From positions 235,074 to 299,073 of the forward strand of contig CAJTQT010000002.1 in assembly GCA_910578325.1 (NCBI GenBank): DNA of 64,000 bases, read 5' to 3'. The notes beneath the pieces were generated by a model. The model had not been told where the DNA came from. It did not search any database and saw nothing but the letters and a program-made list of their open reading frames with translations. The translations under genes were made by a program, and so were the position numbers. This DNA comes from an uncultured Christensenella sp. (lineage in GTDB: Bacteria; Bacillota; Clostridia; Christensenellales; CAG-917). This document shows, piece by piece, positions 29,488 to 40,098 of this stretch. Positions within the stretch are counted from its first letter, which is position 1. Every line of letters begins with the position of its first letter.

Positions 29488-29597
29488 TTCACTTCTCCTT
29501 ATATAAAAATTTTCTGTACGTATTCATAAGCGGATTTGCTCCGTCCGCTTTTATATCCTAACAAATTTTGCTCGCACTTGTCAAAGATGCGGAGCAT

Positions 29598-29636
29598 CAA
29601 AATAAAATTTAAGCACGATTCAAAACCGCGCTTAAC
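29598..29636 (-). terminator. Probable trxA terminator
   Basis: On the minus strand: TTAAGCGCG-gttttgaat-CGTGCTTAA followed by ATTTTATTTT. Confidence 0.45.
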
Positions 29637-29641
29637 AATGA

Positions 29642-29953
29642 TTAAAGATATTTGTCCAAAACTTCCGCTATCTGAGTCTTGACTCTGAATCCCACGAGTT
29701 TATCGACCGCTTCGCCGTTTTTAAAAACGAACACGCTGGGAATGGAGTATATTCCGTATCTCTGCGCAAGTTCGGGATTTTCGTCCACGTCGACTTTGCA
29801 GACCTGCGCTCTGCCATCGTAATCCTTTGCAATCTCCGCGATTACTGGCGCAAGCATCTTGCACGGTCCGCACCACGTCGCCCAAAAATCCACAAGCGTA
29901 ACGCCGTCTTTGATTGTCTCGTCAAAATTATCTGAGTTTAAAATTTTTTCCAT
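29642..29953 (-). CDS. trxA: Thioredoxin
   Basis: 'WATWCGPCK', 103 aa. Confidence 0.95.
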   Translation of the reverse strand: MEKILNSDNFDETIKDGVTLVDFWATWCGPCKMLAPVIAEIAKDYDGRAQVCKVDVDENPELAQRYGIYSIPSVFVFKNGEAVDKLVGFRVKTQIAEVLDKYL

Positions 29954-30032
29954 ATCGGTTTCCTTCCTTTTAAAATTTCCGAGCGGCTAAACAGCCGTCT
30001 CGATAAAATATAGTAGTTTCAATTTATATTCT

Positions 30033-30455
30033 TTACTTCGAATTTACAATATATTCCGATTCGGCGCGCTCCCGAATCATTTTCGGCTTTTGTTTCTTAC
30101 GCAATACGCATACGTCTATGGGCACGGCAAACGCCATTCCTATCACGAATCCCGCAACCCCGAGTATAGCGCTCGCGCCTTTGCTCATTATTGAGCCCAC
30201 CCCTGCTCCCAACGCGGTGAGAGCAAACGCGAATATGTATAAAACGACGGTGAGAACCTGAATTTTGCGTTTGTAAACCTCTACCGTGACGCAGTCGCCC
30301 TCGCAAAGATTCAAAGTATTCGCAACCGTAATTTCACTGTGCTTACCGTCTTTTGACGCAACGCACATTCGGCATTTATCGCACTCTGCACGCCGTTTGA
30401 AAACGACTTTTGCATTTTCTCCGTTTACGCTTGCTACTCTGCCGCACTCCGTCAT
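30033..30455 (-). CDS. RseC/MucC-family (SoxR-reducing system) small membrane protein
   Basis: 'GRVASVNGENAKVVFKRRAECDKCRMC' followed by two TM helices. The likely start MTECG forms an ATGA overlap with the hisS stop. Confidence 0.55.
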   Translation of the reverse strand: MTECGRVASVNGENAKVVFKRRAECDKCRMCVASKDGKHSEITVANTLNLCEGDCVTVEVYKRKIQVLTVVLYIFAFALTALGAGVGSIMSKGASAILGVAGFVIGMAFAVPIDVCVLRKKQKPKMIRERAESEYIVNSK

Positions 30456-31699
30456 AACAACGCTTCGGCTATCCTGTCCACGGAGCACTCGCGCTCGGTG
30501 CCGTCCTCCATATTCTTTAAACGAACCGTTCCGCTTGTTATCTCGTCATCGCCGATCACCGCCACGTATGCCGCGCCTGATTTATCGGCATATTTCATCT
30601 GCGCCTTGACGCCTCTGTCCATTATATCCGTCTCCGCTCTGACGCCTTTATTTCTGAGTTCCGAAACAAGTTTGCGCGCATAATCACCCGCGTTTTCGCC
30701 GATAGGAAGAATATAAACGTCCGTTCTCTCCTTAACCGCGCCGAGTTTGCCTGTATTCTCCAAAACAAGAAGAAGTCTTTCAAGCCCCAGCCCGAATCCG
30801 ACGGCAGGCGTAGGCTTGCCTCCGACCTCTTCGACGAGATTGTTGTATCTGCCGCCTCCGCAAACCGTGCCCTGCGCGCCTATGTCCGTGGATACGAATT
30901 CGAAAACGGTACGCGTATAATAGTCCAGTCCTCTTACAATGGACGGATTAACTTTAAACGCAATTCCCTGCTTTGAAAGAAGATTCTGAACTTTTTCGAA
31001 ATGTGATTTACAGTCGTCGCACAAAAACTCGGTTATCTTAGGCGCATTTGCGGTGACAAGTTTGCACTTCTCTTCCTTGCAATCGAGTATTCGGAGGGGA
31101 TTCTTTTCAAATCTTGCCTGACACTGACCGCACATTCCCTGCAAATTCGCGCCGATATACGCTTTTAGAGCGGCGTTATACTTTGCCCTGCACTGCGGAC
31201 ATCCGATGCTGTTTATATTCAGTTCGAGACTTTCAAGCCCTACGCTCCTGAGAAACGTCGAAGCCAGCGATATGACCTCCGCGTCCGCCGCGGGGCTGTC
31301 GCTTCCGTAACATTCGACTCCGAACTGATGATGCTCGCGCAATCTTCCGTTCTGCGGCTTTTCGTATCTGAATACGGACGCGATATAATATGCTTTCATA
31401 GGCATAACGCCCTGCGCAAGTGCGTTTTCTATAAAGCATCTCGCTACGCCTGCGGTACCTTCCGGACGCAAGGTCATACTGCGTCCGCCTTTATCGTCAA
31501 AGGTATACATTTCCTTGTTTACGATATCGGTCGTTTCCCCGACGCCGCGCAGAAACAGTTCCGTATGCTCGAACATCGGCGTTCTTATCTCCTTGAACCC
31601 GAACCGAGCCGCGATTTCGCGCGCAACGTCCTCTACGTAATGCCACTTATATGCTTCCGACGGAAGCATATCCTTTGTCCCTTTGGGTATGTTTATCAT
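30452..31699 (-). CDS. hisS: Histidine--tRNA ligase
   Basis: Class II motifs, 'VCGGGRYNNLVEE', and a C-terminal anticodon-binding domain. Confidence 0.95.
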   Translation of the reverse strand: MINIPKGTKDMLPSEAYKWHYVEDVAREIAARFGFKEIRTPMFEHTELFLRGVGETTDIVNKEMYTFDDKGGRSMTLRPEGTAGVARCFIENALAQGVMPMKAYYIASVFRYEKPQNGRLREHHQFGVECYGSDSPAADAEVISLASTFLRSVGLESLELNINSIGCPQCRAKYNAALKAYIGANLQGMCGQCQARFEKNPLRILDCKEEKCKLVTANAPKITEFLCDDCKSHFEKVQNLLSKQGIAFKVNPSIVRGLDYYTRTVFEFVSTDIGAQGTVCGGGRYNNLVEEVGGKPTPAVGFGLGLERLLLVLENTGKLGAVKERTDVYILPIGENAGDYARKLVSELRNKGVRAETDIMDRGVKAQMKYADKSGAAYVAVIGDDEITSGTVRLKNMEDGTERECSVDRIAEALL

Positions 31700-31748
31700 T
31701 TTCAGCCCCCACCGTCCGAATTGCCGTTATATGCAAATTCGGATAAAA

Positions 31749-33098
31749 TCAGATTATGAATCTTCTCAGGTTGCGCTCTTTAAGCGTAGTGGAAAGATGC
31801 TCTTCCACATACTTTTTATCCACGTTAATCTCTTCCGTTACGTTGTCGTCCGCTTCGAAAAGCACGTCTTTGAGCAACGCTTCGAGCACCGCGTGCAAAC
31901 GGCGCGCGCCGAGATTCTCGCTGCTTTCATTCTGTTCGAACGAGACTCTTGCGATTTCGTCGATTGCCTCGTCCGTAAAGTTGAGTTTAACTCCGTCGAC
32001 CGCAAGCAGTTCTTTATACTGCTTCAGCACCGCGTTATCCGGCTCTGTAAGGATTTTTACAAAGTCTTCTTTTGACAGATTGTCCAGTTCCACTCTGATG
32101 GGGAATCTTCCCTGCAATTCGGGAATAAGGTCCTCCATTCTTGAAATATGGAACGCGCCAGCCGCTACAAACAGAATGAAATCCGTACGAATCGTGCCGT
32201 GTTTTGTCTGAACGGTACTACCTTCCACAATGGGCAGAATATCGCGCTGAACACCCTCTCTTGACACGTCGTGTCCCTGTTGCATTCCGCCGTTGTTAGC
32301 CGCGATTTTGTCTATCTCGTCAAGGAACACGACGCCGTCCTGTTCCGCTCTCTGCAACGCCTCCTGAACGATTGCGTCCTCGTCCACCATCTTTTCGGAT
32401 TCTTTGGCAATAATGATTTCTCTTGCCTGTTTTACAGTAAGTTTACGCTTTTTGACAGAGCCGCCGCCCATACCTTTCATACTGTCGAAAATGCTTCCGA
32501 GATTTATAGTATTGTCTCCGCCGCCACCGAGAGGAATCTGAATGGGCTTAGGCTGCTGGCGAATCTGCATCTCTACGGTAAACGAATCGAGATGTCCCGC
32601 TCTCAACTCGCGGAGAATTTCTTCGTTGAGTTCCGCGTCGCTCTTGTCCGCATCGGCAGAACCCATCGCCTCTTTTCGCACAGGCAGAATGATTTTTGCA
32701 AGTTCGTTTTCTGCAAATTCCGTTGCTCTGGGCAGAACTTCTTTATACTTCTCGTCGCGCACGAGGCGAATAGACGCCTCCACAAGATCGCGGATTATGC
32801 TTTCAACGTCGCGTCCCACGTAACCGACTTCTGTAAACTTAGTCGCTTCCACTTTGACGAACGGAGCCTTTACGACCTTTGCGAGTCTACGCGCGATTTC
32901 GGTCTTGCCTACGCCGGTCGGACCTTTCATAATGATGTTTTTCGGCGTGATTTCCTCGCGCATTTCTTCGGAAAGTTTGCTTCTGCGGTAGCGATTGCGC
33001 AAAGCGATTGCCACCGCGACTTTCGCGTCGTGCTGACCTATGATATATCTGTCGAGTTCCGCAACGATTTGTTTCGGAGTCATAACGTTATTGTCCAT
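31749..33098 (-). CDS. hslU: ATP-dependent protease ATPase subunit HslU
   Basis: 'IMKGPTGVGKTEIARRLA' and the I-domain insertion. It lies downstream of hslV. Confidence 0.95.
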   Translation of the reverse strand: MDNNVMTPKQIVAELDRYIIGQHDAKVAVAIALRNRYRRSKLSEEMREEITPKNIIMKGPTGVGKTEIARRLAKVVKAPFVKVEATKFTEVGYVGRDVESIIRDLVEASIRLVRDEKYKEVLPRATEFAENELAKIILPVRKEAMGSADADKSDAELNEEILRELRAGHLDSFTVEMQIRQQPKPIQIPLGGGGDNTINLGSIFDSMKGMGGGSVKKRKLTVKQAREIIIAKESEKMVDEDAIVQEALQRAEQDGVVFLDEIDKIAANNGGMQQGHDVSREGVQRDILPIVEGSTVQTKHGTIRTDFILFVAAGAFHISRMEDLIPELQGRFPIRVELDNLSKEDFVKILTEPDNAVLKQYKELLAVDGVKLNFTDEAIDEIARVSFEQNESSENLGARRLHAVLEALLKDVLFEADDNVTEEINVDKKYVEEHLSTTLKERNLRRFII

Positions 33099-33108
33099 AC
33101 TTCACCTC

Positions 33109-33642
33109 TCAGACCGTTTCGACCGTAATATGGTCGTTTGTATATACGCAAATCTCGCTTGCGATTTCAAGCGCGGAACGGGCAATACTTTTTGCGTCCA
33201 TATCCGTATTTGCCGCAAGCGCGCGGGCTGCCGCGAGAGCATAGTTGCCGCCGCTGCCTATCGCGCATATTCCGTTTTCGGGCTCTATGACTTCGCCCGT
33301 TCCCGATATAACGAAAAGCGACGTCGCGTCCGCCGCTATAAGCAAGGCTTCGAGTCGTCTTCCGCCTTTGTCCGAACGCCATAATTCGGCAAGTTCCACC
33401 GCCGCGCGCATAAGATTGCCGCTGAATTTTTGAAGCATCGCTTCAAACTTCTCCGACAGCGCGAAAGCATCCGACACCGAACCCGCAAATCCGACCACTA
33501 CTTTGTCGTTATATATGCGTTTGACCTTGACCGCATTCCCTTTCATTATTACACTCTCGCCCATTGTGACCTGTCCGTCACCTGCGACAGCGGTAGTACC
33601 GTTGCGCTTGACAGCGCAGATAGTAGTTCCCCTGAATTCCAT
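33109..33642 (-). CDS. hslV: ATP-dependent protease subunit HslV
   Basis: '[15 protein letters not shown]' (N-terminal Thr nucleophile region), 177 aa. Confidence 0.95.
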   Translation of the reverse strand: MEFRGTTICAVKRNGTTAVAGDGQVTMGESVIMKGNAVKVKRIYNDKVVVGFAGSVSDAFALSEKFEAMLQKFSGNLMRAAVELAELWRSDKGGRRLEALLIAADATSLFVISGTGEVIEPENGICAIGSGGNYALAAARALAANTDMDAKSIARSALEIASEICVYTNDHITVETV

Positions 33643-33741
33643 TTAAGTACACCTCCGTAAGAGTACATTTTATTTATTCCCGCTTGCGATATTCAAAGCG
33701 GTCAGTCGGATACGTGCGAGATAGGCACGCAACCGTAAATT

Positions 33742-35052
33742 TCAGTTATATAAGTTTTCCGACAGCGGCATAGGAATATACGATATCGCCCTGTCATGAT
33801 AAGCCTGTTTTCGGCTTTTTTTGTCGCGCGCGTCCGTTATCGGCGGCAGAATTCCGAAATTAGCGTTCATAGGCTTGAAATCTGTCGGACAACCCGACAC
33901 ATATCTGCAAAGCGAACCTATAATCGTAAACTCCGACGGCACTTCGTAGTCGAGATCTCTCAGGTCCGACGCCATTGCCTGCCCCGCTATCATACCGCTC
34001 ATTATGCTTTCGACATAGCCTTCCACTCCCGACAGTTGTCCCGCTATGTACAACGGCGAGTCGGAAGTTTTGACTCTGAACGTCTCGCTGAGCACGTTGG
34101 GAGCGTCTATGTAGGTGTTCCTGTGCATAACGCCGTATCTCATAAATTCCGCATTTCTCAATGCAGGAATCATCGAAAACACTCTTTTCTGCTCCCCGAA
34201 AGTCAGGTTAGTCTGAAAACCTACGAGGTTGAAACAGTCTCCTGCCACGTTTTCTCTGCGGAGTTGCACAACCGCATACGCTTTTTCGCCCGTCTTAGGA
34301 TTTTTCAGTCCTATGGGTTTAAGAGGTCCGAAACGAATGGTGTCGCTTCCCCGCTTTGCCATCTCCTCGATAGGCATACACCCGTCGAACAGTTCGCTCT
34401 TCTCAAACGAATGCAAAACAACCGACTTCGCGTTTATCAACTCCCGATAAAACGCTTCGTACTCGTCCTTAGTCATAGGCAGATTCAGATAATCGTCGCC
34501 GCCTTTGCCGTATCTTCCGCCGAAGTACGCTTTGTCGTAATCTATACTGTCAGCAGAAACAATCGGTGCGATTGCGTCATAGAAAAACAGTCTTTTCTTT
34601 CCGCTGAGTCGGGCAACCTTTTCCGCCATCGCGTCTGACGTAAGCGGTCCCGTCGCTATTACGGTTGGAGAACCGTCGATATGCGCTACTTCCTGACGTA
34701 TAAGTCTGAAATCCGCATATTTTGCGAGTTCCTCTTCCACAAGCGCGGAAAATTTCGCTCTGTCCACCGAGAGCGCGCTTCCCGACGGAACTCTGCTCTG
34801 CCGTGCAAGCGGCAACAATTTACACCCCAACAATCCGAGTTCCTCTTTCAAAAGCCCCGACGCAGTGGTCGGTTCTTCCGATTTCAGGGAATTCGAACAA
34901 ACGAGTTCCGCAAGCGCGGACGTCTTGTGCGCGCCTGTCTGAACGTCGGGACGCATCTCGAACATATCGACGGCAAATCCGCATCCGAGCAACTGCAAAG
35001 CGCATTCGCACCCCGCAAGACCGCCGCCTATGACTTTGACCGTCCTTTTCAT
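33742..35052 (-). CDS. trmFO: Methylenetetrahydrofolate--tRNA-(uracil-5-)-methyltransferase TrmFO
   Basis: 'VKVIGGGLAGCECA' FAD motif, with topA-trmFO-hslVU synteny. Confidence 0.95.
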   Translation of the reverse strand: MKRTVKVIGGGLAGCECALQLLGCGFAVDMFEMRPDVQTGAHKTSALAELVCSNSLKSEEPTTASGLLKEELGLLGCKLLPLARQSRVPSGSALSVDRAKFSALVEEELAKYADFRLIRQEVAHIDGSPTVIATGPLTSDAMAEKVARLSGKKRLFFYDAIAPIVSADSIDYDKAYFGGRYGKGGDDYLNLPMTKDEYEAFYRELINAKSVVLHSFEKSELFDGCMPIEEMAKRGSDTIRFGPLKPIGLKNPKTGEKAYAVVQLRRENVAGDCFNLVGFQTNLTFGEQKRVFSMIPALRNAEFMRYGVMHRNTYIDAPNVLSETFRVKTSDSPLYIAGQLSGVEGYVESIMSGMIAGQAMASDLRDLDYEVPSEFTIIGSLCRYVSGCPTDFKPMNANFGILPPITDARDKKSRKQAYHDRAISYIPMPLSENLYN

Positions 35053-35055
35053 ATC

Positions 35056-37194
35056 TCAGTTTTCCTCGCCGTTTTCACAGGAAGTCTCTTCGTCCGCAGA
35101 CACAAGTTCCCTGTGTTTGCACTGTCTGTCCGTACAGGAATAATACGTTTTTCCGTCCCGTTTTACCACTTTCATCGTATTTCCGCAATCGGGACAGAAA
35201 TAAGGAGCGGGTACGTCCCAACTGATAAAGTCGCACTGCGGATAATTTGTGCATCCGTAGAAAGTCTTGCCGGATTTGGATACGCGTTTGCTCACGTCTC
35301 CGCCGCATTTTGGGCATTTGCCCACAACTTCGACTATCTTCTTTATGTTTTTGCATTTAGGATAATTCGGACACGCGAGGAAAGGACCGTATTTTCCGTG
35401 TCTGACAACCATTTTTGCGCCGCATTTATCGCACACTTCGTCGCTCTCCTCATCGGGGAGATGCGCCGTGCCTCCCGCCTTTGCCGCTCTGTCCAAAAAC
35501 TTTTGAAGTCTGGGATAAAACGCGCCGATGAGTTCCTGCCAGTGTTGATTCCCGTCCGCAACTTTATCCAGCGCGCCTTCGAGTCTTGCCGTAAAGTCAA
35601 GGCTCATAATATCCGGGAAACTCTTCTCCATATACTCGCAAACCGCTTCTCCGAGTTGTGTGGGAACGATTGCTTTCTGTTGCTTTTCCGTGTATTCACG
35701 CTTTGAAAGAACCGAGATTATAGACGCGTATGTCGACGGACGTCCGATTCCGTTTTCTTCCAGCGCTTTTACAATCGTAGCGTCGTTGTACCTCGCGGGC
35801 GGCTTTGTAAACTTCTGCTCGCAAAGCACGTCGTCGAGATTGAGTTCCTCGCCCTCGTTGAGGTCGGGCATAGTGTCGACTTCCCTATTGTCCTCATCCT
35901 CTTCCACCGTAGCGGAATAAACGGCGGTATAGCCCTTGAATTTCACGCTCTTGCCCTTTACGATGAAGCCGAGGTTGTCCGAACCGCTCGTACCCAAAAT
36001 GTGCACGCGCATCGTGTTGTACTGCGCGCCTGTCATCTGGGATGCCATATATCTCTCGTAAATAAGTTTGTAAAGACGGAAAGCGTCTCTGTCCATTTTG
36101 CCTTCGAGCGATTTCGGCGTGCGGCTCAAATCGATGGGACGTATCGCTTCGTGCGCGTCCTGCGCATTGTCGCTGGTCTTATATACGTTGGGAGAGGACG
36201 GGGCGTATTCTTTTCCGTAATTCTCCTCTATAAACCCTAGCGTCATTTTGGCGAAATCGGGAGAGATACGTACGCTGTCCGTTCTTATATAAGTGATAAG
36301 CGCGTGCTGACCTTCGCCTTCGATGTTAACGCCCTCGTACAGCGACTGGGCGACGCGGCTTGTTCTGTCAGCGGTCATATTGAGTTTATGACTCGCTTCC
36401 TGCTGCATTGTAGAAGTCGTAAACGGAGGCGCGGGCTTAGACGTGGAAACGCTCTTTTTAACTTCGTCCACAACGTAATCGCACCTGCGCATAAAGTCGG
36501 ATATGACAGCCGCTTCGTCCGCGTTTGTAACTTTTATTTTCTTGCCGTTGCTGTCCGAAAGAGATGCGTTGAAAAGATTTGCCTTTGTCTTTTTCGCGCC
36601 GATTTTGAGAAGAAGCGCATTTATGTTCCAGTATTCCTCGGGTACAAACGCGCGGATTTCCTTTTCTCTGTCGACAATCATTTTGAGCGCGGCGGACTGC
36701 ACGCGTCCCGCCGAAAGCCCCGGTTTGAGTTTTCTCGAAAGAATCGGAGATATCTTGTATCCGACAAGTCTGTCAAGCACTCTGCGCGCCTGTTGACTGT
36801 CCACCAAATCCATATTTATTTCTCTCGGACTCTGCATAGCCTTACGCACGGCTTTGGGCGAAATCTCGTTAAACTCAATGCGGACTTTATCCCCCTCTAC
36901 GCCGAGCACGTTTTTAAGGTGCCAACTAATCGCTTCTCCCTCGCGGTCCGGGTCGGTTGCGAGGAATATTACGTCGTACTTTTTCACGGCTTGCGAAAGT
37001 TGTTTTATAGTCGATTCCTTGTCCTGAGAGACGACGTATTGCGGCTTGTAGCCGTTGTCGATATCGATGCCTAACGAGCGTTGCGGAAGGTCGCATACGT
37101 GACCTTTGGACGCCATTACCTGCACGTCGCCGCCAAGATACTTCTGTATCGTCTTTGCTTTATGAGGCGACTCAACGATTATAAGTTGTTTCAT
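35056..37194 (-). CDS. topA: DNA topoisomerase I
   Basis: Toprim 'LIIVESPHKAKTIQKYLG' and C-terminal zinc ribbons (CPKCGG.., CPDCGN..). Confidence 0.95.
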   Translation of the reverse strand: MKQLIIVESPHKAKTIQKYLGGDVQVMASKGHVCDLPQRSLGIDIDNGYKPQYVVSQDKESTIKQLSQAVKKYDVIFLATDPDREGEAISWHLKNVLGVEGDKVRIEFNEISPKAVRKAMQSPREINMDLVDSQQARRVLDRLVGYKISPILSRKLKPGLSAGRVQSAALKMIVDREKEIRAFVPEEYWNINALLLKIGAKKTKANLFNASLSDSNGKKIKVTNADEAAVISDFMRRCDYVVDEVKKSVSTSKPAPPFTTSTMQQEASHKLNMTADRTSRVAQSLYEGVNIEGEGQHALITYIRTDSVRISPDFAKMTLGFIEENYGKEYAPSSPNVYKTSDNAQDAHEAIRPIDLSRTPKSLEGKMDRDAFRLYKLIYERYMASQMTGAQYNTMRVHILGTSGSDNLGFIVKGKSVKFKGYTAVYSATVEEDEDNREVDTMPDLNEGEELNLDDVLCEQKFTKPPARYNDATIVKALEENGIGRPSTYASIISVLSKREYTEKQQKAIVPTQLGEAVCEYMEKSFPDIMSLDFTARLEGALDKVADGNQHWQELIGAFYPRLQKFLDRAAKAGGTAHLPDEESDEVCDKCGAKMVVRHGKYGPFLACPNYPKCKNIKKIVEVVGKCPKCGGDVSKRVSKSGKTFYGCTNYPQCDFISWDVPAPYFCPDCGNTMKVVKRDGKTYYSCTDRQCKHRELVSADEETSCENGEEN

Positions 37195-37294
37195 TCAATC
37201 TCCTATGCCGTATCGGATTTATGTTTTGTATTCGCATATTTATTCGGACGCGCCGCTACACGCATACGCACCCGTGCAATTATAATACTTTCGT

Positions 37295-38377
37295 TCACAT
37301 TCCCGCAAGCGAATAATAGTTACCGCCCGTATTTTGTATCATTCCGTTGAGTTCGAGGTTGAACAGCGCGTTTGTCAGATCTCCCACTCCCATCCCCGTG
37401 ACCGCAAGCAATTCTTCGAAATGCGCTTCGCCGTCGTGCAATGCCTCGACTATCTGACTTTCGCACAGCGTGAGTTCAACCGTATGCTTTTCGACATATT
37501 CCCGCTTTACGTGCAGAGCGTCCAAAACGTCCTCGGGACTTATGACGAGCGCGTCGGGAATCTCTCTCAGCAGTTCGTTTGCGCCCTCGCTTTCCGCGGC
37601 GTAAATATTGCCGGGGACCGCAAACACCTCTTTGCCCTGCTCTATTGCAAAACGCACTGTAATAAGCGACCCGCTTTTCTTTGCCGCCTGCGCCAGAAAC
37701 ACCGCGCGGCTGAGTCCGCTTATTATGCGGTTGCGCTCGGGAAAATGATATTGAAGAGGCTTCGTGCCTAAGGGATATTCGCTTACAAGTGCGCCGCCGT
37801 TGAGAAGTATGCCTTCCGCCAGTCCTCTGTGTTCGGCAGGATAACATACGTCAATACCGCACGCAAACACAGCAACCGTCGGCTTTGCGCACGCCACGCA
37901 CGCTTTATGCGCTATTCCGTCTATGCCTCTGGCAAAGCCGGAAACTACCGTAAGTCCAGCGTTTGCAAATTCGCGCGAAAACTCCTCTGCGACCTTTTCG
38001 CCGTAATGGGTAGGCCTGCGCGAGCCTACAATGCCGATACAGTCACGTTTCAACGCCTCGAAATTTCCCTTTACAAACAGCACGTGCGGTCTGTCTTCTA
38101 GATTGTAAAGGAACTCGGGATAGTCGTCGTCGGTATACACGGTCCAGTGCACGTTCTTTCTTTCCATCGTTTCGATGATCCCGTCCACTGCGGCGTAATT
38201 TTTGAAAAACTCTTCCGCCTGTGAGTCACCCAGCACTTTTCTGACAAGTGATTTTTCACTCGGAAGCACGCTCGGGTCTTTTATCAGGCCGAGCAACGCC
38301 GCTTTCTTTTTATAGCCGAGTTCGTCAACGTACTGTAACGCAATCAGTGCTTTTGCCGTTAAATTCTTTGAATCCAT
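37295..38377 (-). CDS. dprA: DNA-processing protein DprA (Smf)
   Basis: 'IVGSRRPTHYG' Rossmann core. Its start overlaps the comM stop by 1 nt. Confidence 0.9.
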   Translation of the reverse strand: MDSKNLTAKALIALQYVDELGYKKKAALLGLIKDPSVLPSEKSLVRKVLGDSQAEEFFKNYAAVDGIIETMERKNVHWTVYTDDDYPEFLYNLEDRPHVLFVKGNFEALKRDCIGIVGSRRPTHYGEKVAEEFSREFANAGLTVVSGFARGIDGIAHKACVACAKPTVAVFACGIDVCYPAEHRGLAEGILLNGGALVSEYPLGTKPLQYHFPERNRIISGLSRAVFLAQAAKKSGSLITVRFAIEQGKEVFAVPGNIYAAESEGANELLREIPDALVISPEDVLDALHVKREYVEKHTVELTLCESQIVEALHDGEAHFEELLAVTGMGVGDLTNALFNLELNGMIQNTGGNYYSLAGM

Positions 38378-39903
38378 CAGTTGTATTTTCTATCCAGTCC
38401 TCTGTACTGTATCGCTTCGGCAATATGCGCGGGCAAAATGTCCTCGCAGCCTTCGATATCCGCAATCGTGCGTGCGACTTTGAGTATTCTCGTCGTTCCC
38501 CTCGCACTGAGATTCAGTTTTTCGAACGCTTTTGACAAAAGCCGTTCGCAATTCTGGTCTATTTTGCAATATTTGCCGAGTTCCCGCGAACCCATTTCCG
38601 CATTGGTAAAGATTCCGTCGTCTTTGAACCTCTCTCTTTGCACTGCGCGAACCCTGTTTATTCTCTCCTTAATCTGCGCTGAACTCTCCGCTTTCTGCAT
38701 ACCCCGCAACTCGTCGTATGAAATATTATCAACTTCGATCTGCAAATCTATTCTGTCCATAAGAGGTCCCGAAAGTTTTGAGACATAATTATGGATTTGA
38801 GTCGGAGTACAGCGGCAAATCTGGTTCTTTGACCCGAAATTTCCGCACGGACAGGGATTCATACTGGCAATCAGCATAAAGTTTGCCGGGTATTCCACAG
38901 TGCTCTGCACCCTCGACACCGTGACTTTTCTGTCTTCGAGCGGCTGTCTCAGCGTTTCGAGCGCATGACGCGAATACTCAGGCATTTCGTCGAGGAACAG
39001 CACTCCGTGGTTTGCAAGGCTCACCTCTCCCGGCTTCGCCTTTGCTCCGCCGCCTATAAGCGCGGGAACTGTCGTCGTATGATGCGGAGTTCTGAAAGGG
39101 CGTGTTGTCACTATTCCAACCCCCGCGTCCAAAATCCCCGCAACACTGTGCACTTTCGTCACCTCGATAGCCTCTTCGAACGTCATCTCCGGCATTATCG
39201 TTGGGACGCATTTGGCAAGCATCGTCTTACCTGCACCGGGAGGACCTATCATAAGCGCATTATGACCTCCCGCAACCGCTATTTCCATAGCGCGTTTGGC
39301 TACGGTCTGTCCCTTTACGTCTGCAAAATCCACCCCGTAACCGTGCCTTTCGCAACTCGCCACGTAGTCGGAAGTCTCAACGGCGGCATACTCCGCTCCG
39401 TTTAAAAACTCCACCGCTTCTGCAAGCCCGCTCAGCGCATAAACCTCTATTCCGTCTATATAACTCGCTTCTCTGGCATTTCCTTCCGGCAGGATGAATT
39501 TTCTACACCCGCCCTGCATAGCGGAAATAAGAATAGGCATTATGCCGTTCACCTGCCTGAGTTTGCCGTCAAGCGACAGTTCGCCTATCATAACGAAGTC
39601 TTTATACGCCCTGTTCTCTATTTGCCCCGTCGCGGCGAGAATACCCGTCGCAATTGCCAAATCGAACATAGGACCTTCTTTTTTCGTATCCGCAGGCGCA
39701 AGATTGACCGTAATACGCTTTGCGGGATACTGATATCCGCTGTTTTTTATTGCGGAACGCACGCGTTCCTTGCTTTCTTTTGTAGCCGTTGACGCCAGTC
39801 CGACCAACTCATACCCCGGCAAACCGCTGTTTATATCGACTTCTACGTCGACAGAGTATCCGTTCAATCCGTCCAAAGCGTAACTTTTTATTTTCGCAAG
39901 CAT
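38377..39903 (-). CDS. comM: YifB/ComM family Mg-chelatase-like AAA+ ATPase
   Basis: Lon-protease-like N-domain plus 'IGPPGAGKTMLAK'. The likely start is MLAKIKSY at 39903. Confidence 0.9.
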   Translation of the reverse strand: MLAKIKSYALDGLNGYSVDVEVDINSGLPGYELVGLASTATKESKERVRSAIKNSGYQYPAKRITVNLAPADTKKEGPMFDLAIATGILAATGQIENRAYKDFVMIGELSLDGKLRQVNGIMPILISAMQGGCRKFILPEGNAREASYIDGIEVYALSGLAEAVEFLNGAEYAAVETSDYVASCERHGYGVDFADVKGQTVAKRAMEIAVAGGHNALMIGPPGAGKTMLAKCVPTIMPEMTFEEAIEVTKVHSVAGILDAGVGIVTTRPFRTPHHTTTVPALIGGGAKAKPGEVSLANHGVLFLDEMPEYSRHALETLRQPLEDRKVTVSRVQSTVEYPANFMLIASMNPCPCGNFGSKNQICRCTPTQIHNYVSKLSGPLMDRIDLQIEVDNISYDELRGMQKAESSAQIKERINRVRAVQRERFKDDGIFTNAEMGSRELGKYCKIDQNCERLLSKAFEKLNLSARGTTRILKVARTIADIEGCEDILPAHIAEAIQYRGLDRKYN

Positions 39904-40037
39904 ATTATCTTCCGCCTTTATTAAAATAAAGTTAATAAATTTTAGCACAATTTCCAAAAAAAGGCAATCATATAAAAGACTTGCTTTTTTCAGTTTTGAA
40001 ACATAAATTCAATTTTAATCGTTTAGATATCCTAAAA

Positions 40038-40062
40038 TTAAAAAACAGCCTGATCGGCTGTA
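40038..40062 (-). terminator. Rho-independent terminator closing the four-gene McrB-like/peptidase unit
   Basis: On the minus strand: ACAGCC-gatc-aGGCTGT followed by TTTTTTAATTTT, 37 nt after the stop at 40099. Confidence 0.6.
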
Positions 40063-40098
40063 ATATTAAATTTATTGTTTTAACAATATACGATAAAA

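Noticed and set aside
31700-31748. Expected T-box leader upstream of hisS
   Set aside because: Only 49 nt separate hisS from hslU. That is far too short for a T-box, and no specifier or T-box sequence is seen.
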